A stretch of DNA of 64,000 bases from Mobula birostris (taxonomy: Eukaryota), in NCBI RefSeq assembly GCF_030028105.1, contig NC_092373.1:147289556-147353555 (forward strand). Direction: 5' to 3'. Position 1 is the first letter of the stretch; every line of letters starts with the position of its first letter. The notes under the pieces are model-generated. The model did not search any database, was not told the DNA's origin, and saw nothing but the letters and a program-made list of their open reading frames with translations. Both the position numbers and the translations under genes were made by a program. Positions 61,795-64,000 of the stretch are shown here, piece after piece.

Positions 61795-62620
61795 TCCACA
61801 TTTGACACTTCGCTTCGGTCGCCCGGGCTCAGTCACTCGCCTCGCCTCATAGTCCCCCCAGGCGAATCCAAGCTCTAGGCGGTCATCCACATACGTCAAA
61901 ACTCCACACACCTTCACTTCCCCCATGGTCTTCCTCATGCCCCGTGGGAAGGATGCAGGAGCTCCGGATATGCCCTTGGGCATCTTTTCGGATCAGAAGA
62001 ATCCTAGGGAACTAGTAAAGGCCATCTTCAGCTCAACAGCCGCACTCCTCAGGATCTGGCAACATCCACCCCTCAGATGCAGCACATTAAACCACATCGC
62101 ATAATCCACACACACGCTGCCTTCATCTCCCATGCCGCTAGGGTCCAGTTGCCGCGACCCCTCTCTCACTGAGGTGTCTTCAGCGGTCAACTCCCCTCCC
62201 TCGTGGTGGTTTGGAGCGTCTACTAAGAGGATCTCACTCTCAGCTACTTTCCCCAAGCCGTACCACCGCTGGGTCTCGTTTAAATTTGGTACTGGCTCAA
62301 GGCTGCTACACACATCCTCAGAAGCAACTCGACACACTGGGTGCCCAGACAATGCCCCCATGAACTCCAGGGTCATTAATCAATCATCGTCTTCTGGATA
62401 ACTACTGCCACTAGTACCCAAAGTCTCCGGTGCCCTTGCGGTTGTCAAGGGTAAATGCTTCAAACACCAGTTGTAAAATGAACTGTACAACAACTTGATC
62501 TGTGCTCCGGGGTCGAGGATAGCTTTAGCATCGCTTCTCTCTATCCATAGCGACACCCTGGGGTGTGGCCCCTCTAGGCCTTCAGGAATAGGGTCTTTTC
62601 CTTTCGGAAGTTCATTGGTA
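61795..62620 (-). pseudogene. Decayed Gypsy protease and N-terminal half of RT
   Basis: [17 protein letters not shown] (aspartic D-T/S-G site), WFNVLHLRGGCCQI (from FSVLDLRSGYYQI), [16 protein letters not shown] and LTYVDD. Confidence 0.9.
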
Positions 62621-62759
62621 CATTGCTGGGAACGTGCTTCCCCAGAGACCCCAAGCCTTTCCCCCACTGGCCTCCACTAAGTTTCTCAATCCCCCTCTGA
62701 TCAGCTGAACAACTGAGGGAGGGGCTGACCCCCTGAAATGATCCCTCTGGCACTACAAG

Positions 62760-63030
62760 CAATTTAGCTGCCCTCCTAGCCAGAGAAGACACACTGAAAA
62801 CATTCCCCCCTCTTTCAAATAACTGACAGCTGTCACTATAGTGTAAGTGAACCTGACAGCTCTAACACCGTCACCAGCCCGCCTACTCAAACTTTCAATC
62901 AATCCCTGTCGCTCTCCCTCAACCGAGCATTGTCACTCATCTAACAACTGAGAGATCTGCTCCGCCCACATCTCACATGCCTCCGCCCCTCTTGGGGTGG
63001 ACACTATCCCAAGTGCCAGGCGGAGCCTGC
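62760..63030 (-). pseudogene. PNMA/Ma-like gag remnant
   Basis: GIVSTPRGAEACEMWAEQISQLLDE followed by [16 protein letters not shown], as in fish Gypsy gag proteins related to PNMA. Confidence 0.75.
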
Positions 63031-63261
63031 CAGAGCTAGAACATTTATTCGCAGACTCTATCTCCAAATCAGACCACTCTTTCCTCTCCCTCCCAACCGC
63101 ATGGACAGCCCCTAGTGCCACCTCCAACTCGTCAATGCCAGCCTGAACTCGAACAAAGACCTCACCCACCACGCATGCAGCAATAATCAGCAAATAACCC
63201 ACAGAGACACACATTACAGATTTAAACAGGGCACCCACACAGCATACCAACAGACTCAAGC

Positions 63262-63280
63262 ATCCCGGACAAAGCCCCCA
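63262..63280 (-). other. Primer-binding site, tRNA-Pro type
   Basis: Minus strand TGGGGGCTTTGTCCGGGAT, 3 nt from the 5' LTR, versus the canonical PBS-Pro TGGGGGCTCGTCCGGGAT. Confidence 0.9.
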
Positions 63281-63283
63281 CAA

Positions 63284-63980
63284 TGTAGCCCCCCCGGCCA
63301 CCCTCAGGGTCGCTCGGCTCGCTGTCGTCTAGGGAAACAGCCTCGGCCCCGCCAAACTGGGTAATCAGTTTGTGTGGACGCTGTGTGATGTACCCCACCC
63401 CGCCCAAATAACGGACAATACACCAGATGCAATTAAATGATTTACAGTTTATAGATATTACTGGAACTATATAACTAACAGAGAATAAAATATAAAAGGA
63501 AAATAAAAGGCGCCACACTTATCAAAGTTCATCTCTTCGTGCACAAAAAAACCCGTTGGCGCTCAAGGACGACCTTCTTCACCCTGCGACCCCCTCGGAC
63601 CACCTCGACCGGCCGCCTGGGACCAACAACGGTGGTCGACCAGATGCTCCACACGAATCCGTCTCCGTCTCCTCGCCGAACGTCTCGCTCGGGGTCCGAC
63701 CCCGTTAGCGGACTCATAGCACCTCATCCATCCTCTGTCTTGCTCTCCCACCTTCTGCCCCAAAACCCCACGCATACAGTATCTTCAAATACACCAAAAC
63801 CATAACGACTATCCCAATTGGTTAATAACGTATTTCTTATCACCCTCTAAACCACAACAAGCTGCTAGCGCAAACTTTCTCAGCGTTTAAGACAACAAAG
63901 CCGCATTCCCCAGATTAACATAACAAAGATGCCATTTTAATTAGCCTCCGCGGTAACATAAAAATCGAAACACCCTTATA
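63284..63980 (-). repeat. 5' LTR (697 bp)
   Basis: Direct repeat of 59877-60574. The outer TG is mutated to TA. The PBS follows it. Confidence 0.96.
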
Positions 63981-64000
63981 GTGTTATCAACCCTGCTAGT

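Larger units (their letters stand above)
59877..63980 (-). mobile_element. Non-autonomous Ty3/Gypsy LTR retrotransposon (PNMA-type gag) carrying a captured myosin heavy-chain fragment
   Basis: Two ~700-bp direct repeats, 4-bp TSD GTGT (59873-59876 and 63981-63984), PBS and PPT. The internal region is only 2.7 kb, with gag, PR and RT remnants. Confidence 0.95.

Noticed and set aside
1-64000. Prokaryotic systems (retron, DGR, defence island) suggested by the many RT fragments
   Set aside because: All RT motifs are of eukaryotic CR1, Rex1 or Gypsy type, coding density is very low and there is no operon structure.

Overview
This window is eukaryotic, repeat-rich non-coding DNA with no intact host gene that I can support. 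The repeat inventory points to a cartilaginous fish, probably a ray (inference): CR1, Rex1/Babar-like, Nimb/I, Tx1 and Penelope retroelements, V-SINE/HE1-like and Deu-like SINEs, Tc1/mariner and hAT DNA elements, and Gypsy LTRs. Almost all long ORFs in the supplied track are transposon fragments, their antisense shadows, or minisatellite read-throughs. The main result is at 59877-63980 (- strand): a structurally complete but non-autonomous Gypsy LTR retrotransposon with two ~700-bp LTRs about 94% identical, a GTGT target-site duplication, a tRNA-Pro PBS and a PPT. The second half of its RT, its RNase H and its integrase core are replaced by ~0.7 kb of intron-less sarcomeric myosin heavy-chain rod sequence (MYH16-like). 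This sequence is a mosaic of four discontinuous myosin segments, most of them held in one 274-codon frame. It looks like LTR-mediated capture of a host mRNA. Other items of interest are an inverted pair of chromovirus 3' ends, a four-layer TE nest, decayed Penelope hammerhead ribozyme motifs, a solo LTR with a 13x33-bp minisatellite, MITEs with three TIRs, and TE-free candidate enhancer islands. Family assignments come from motif recognition by eye, without database searches. Boundaries of decayed elements are approximate.
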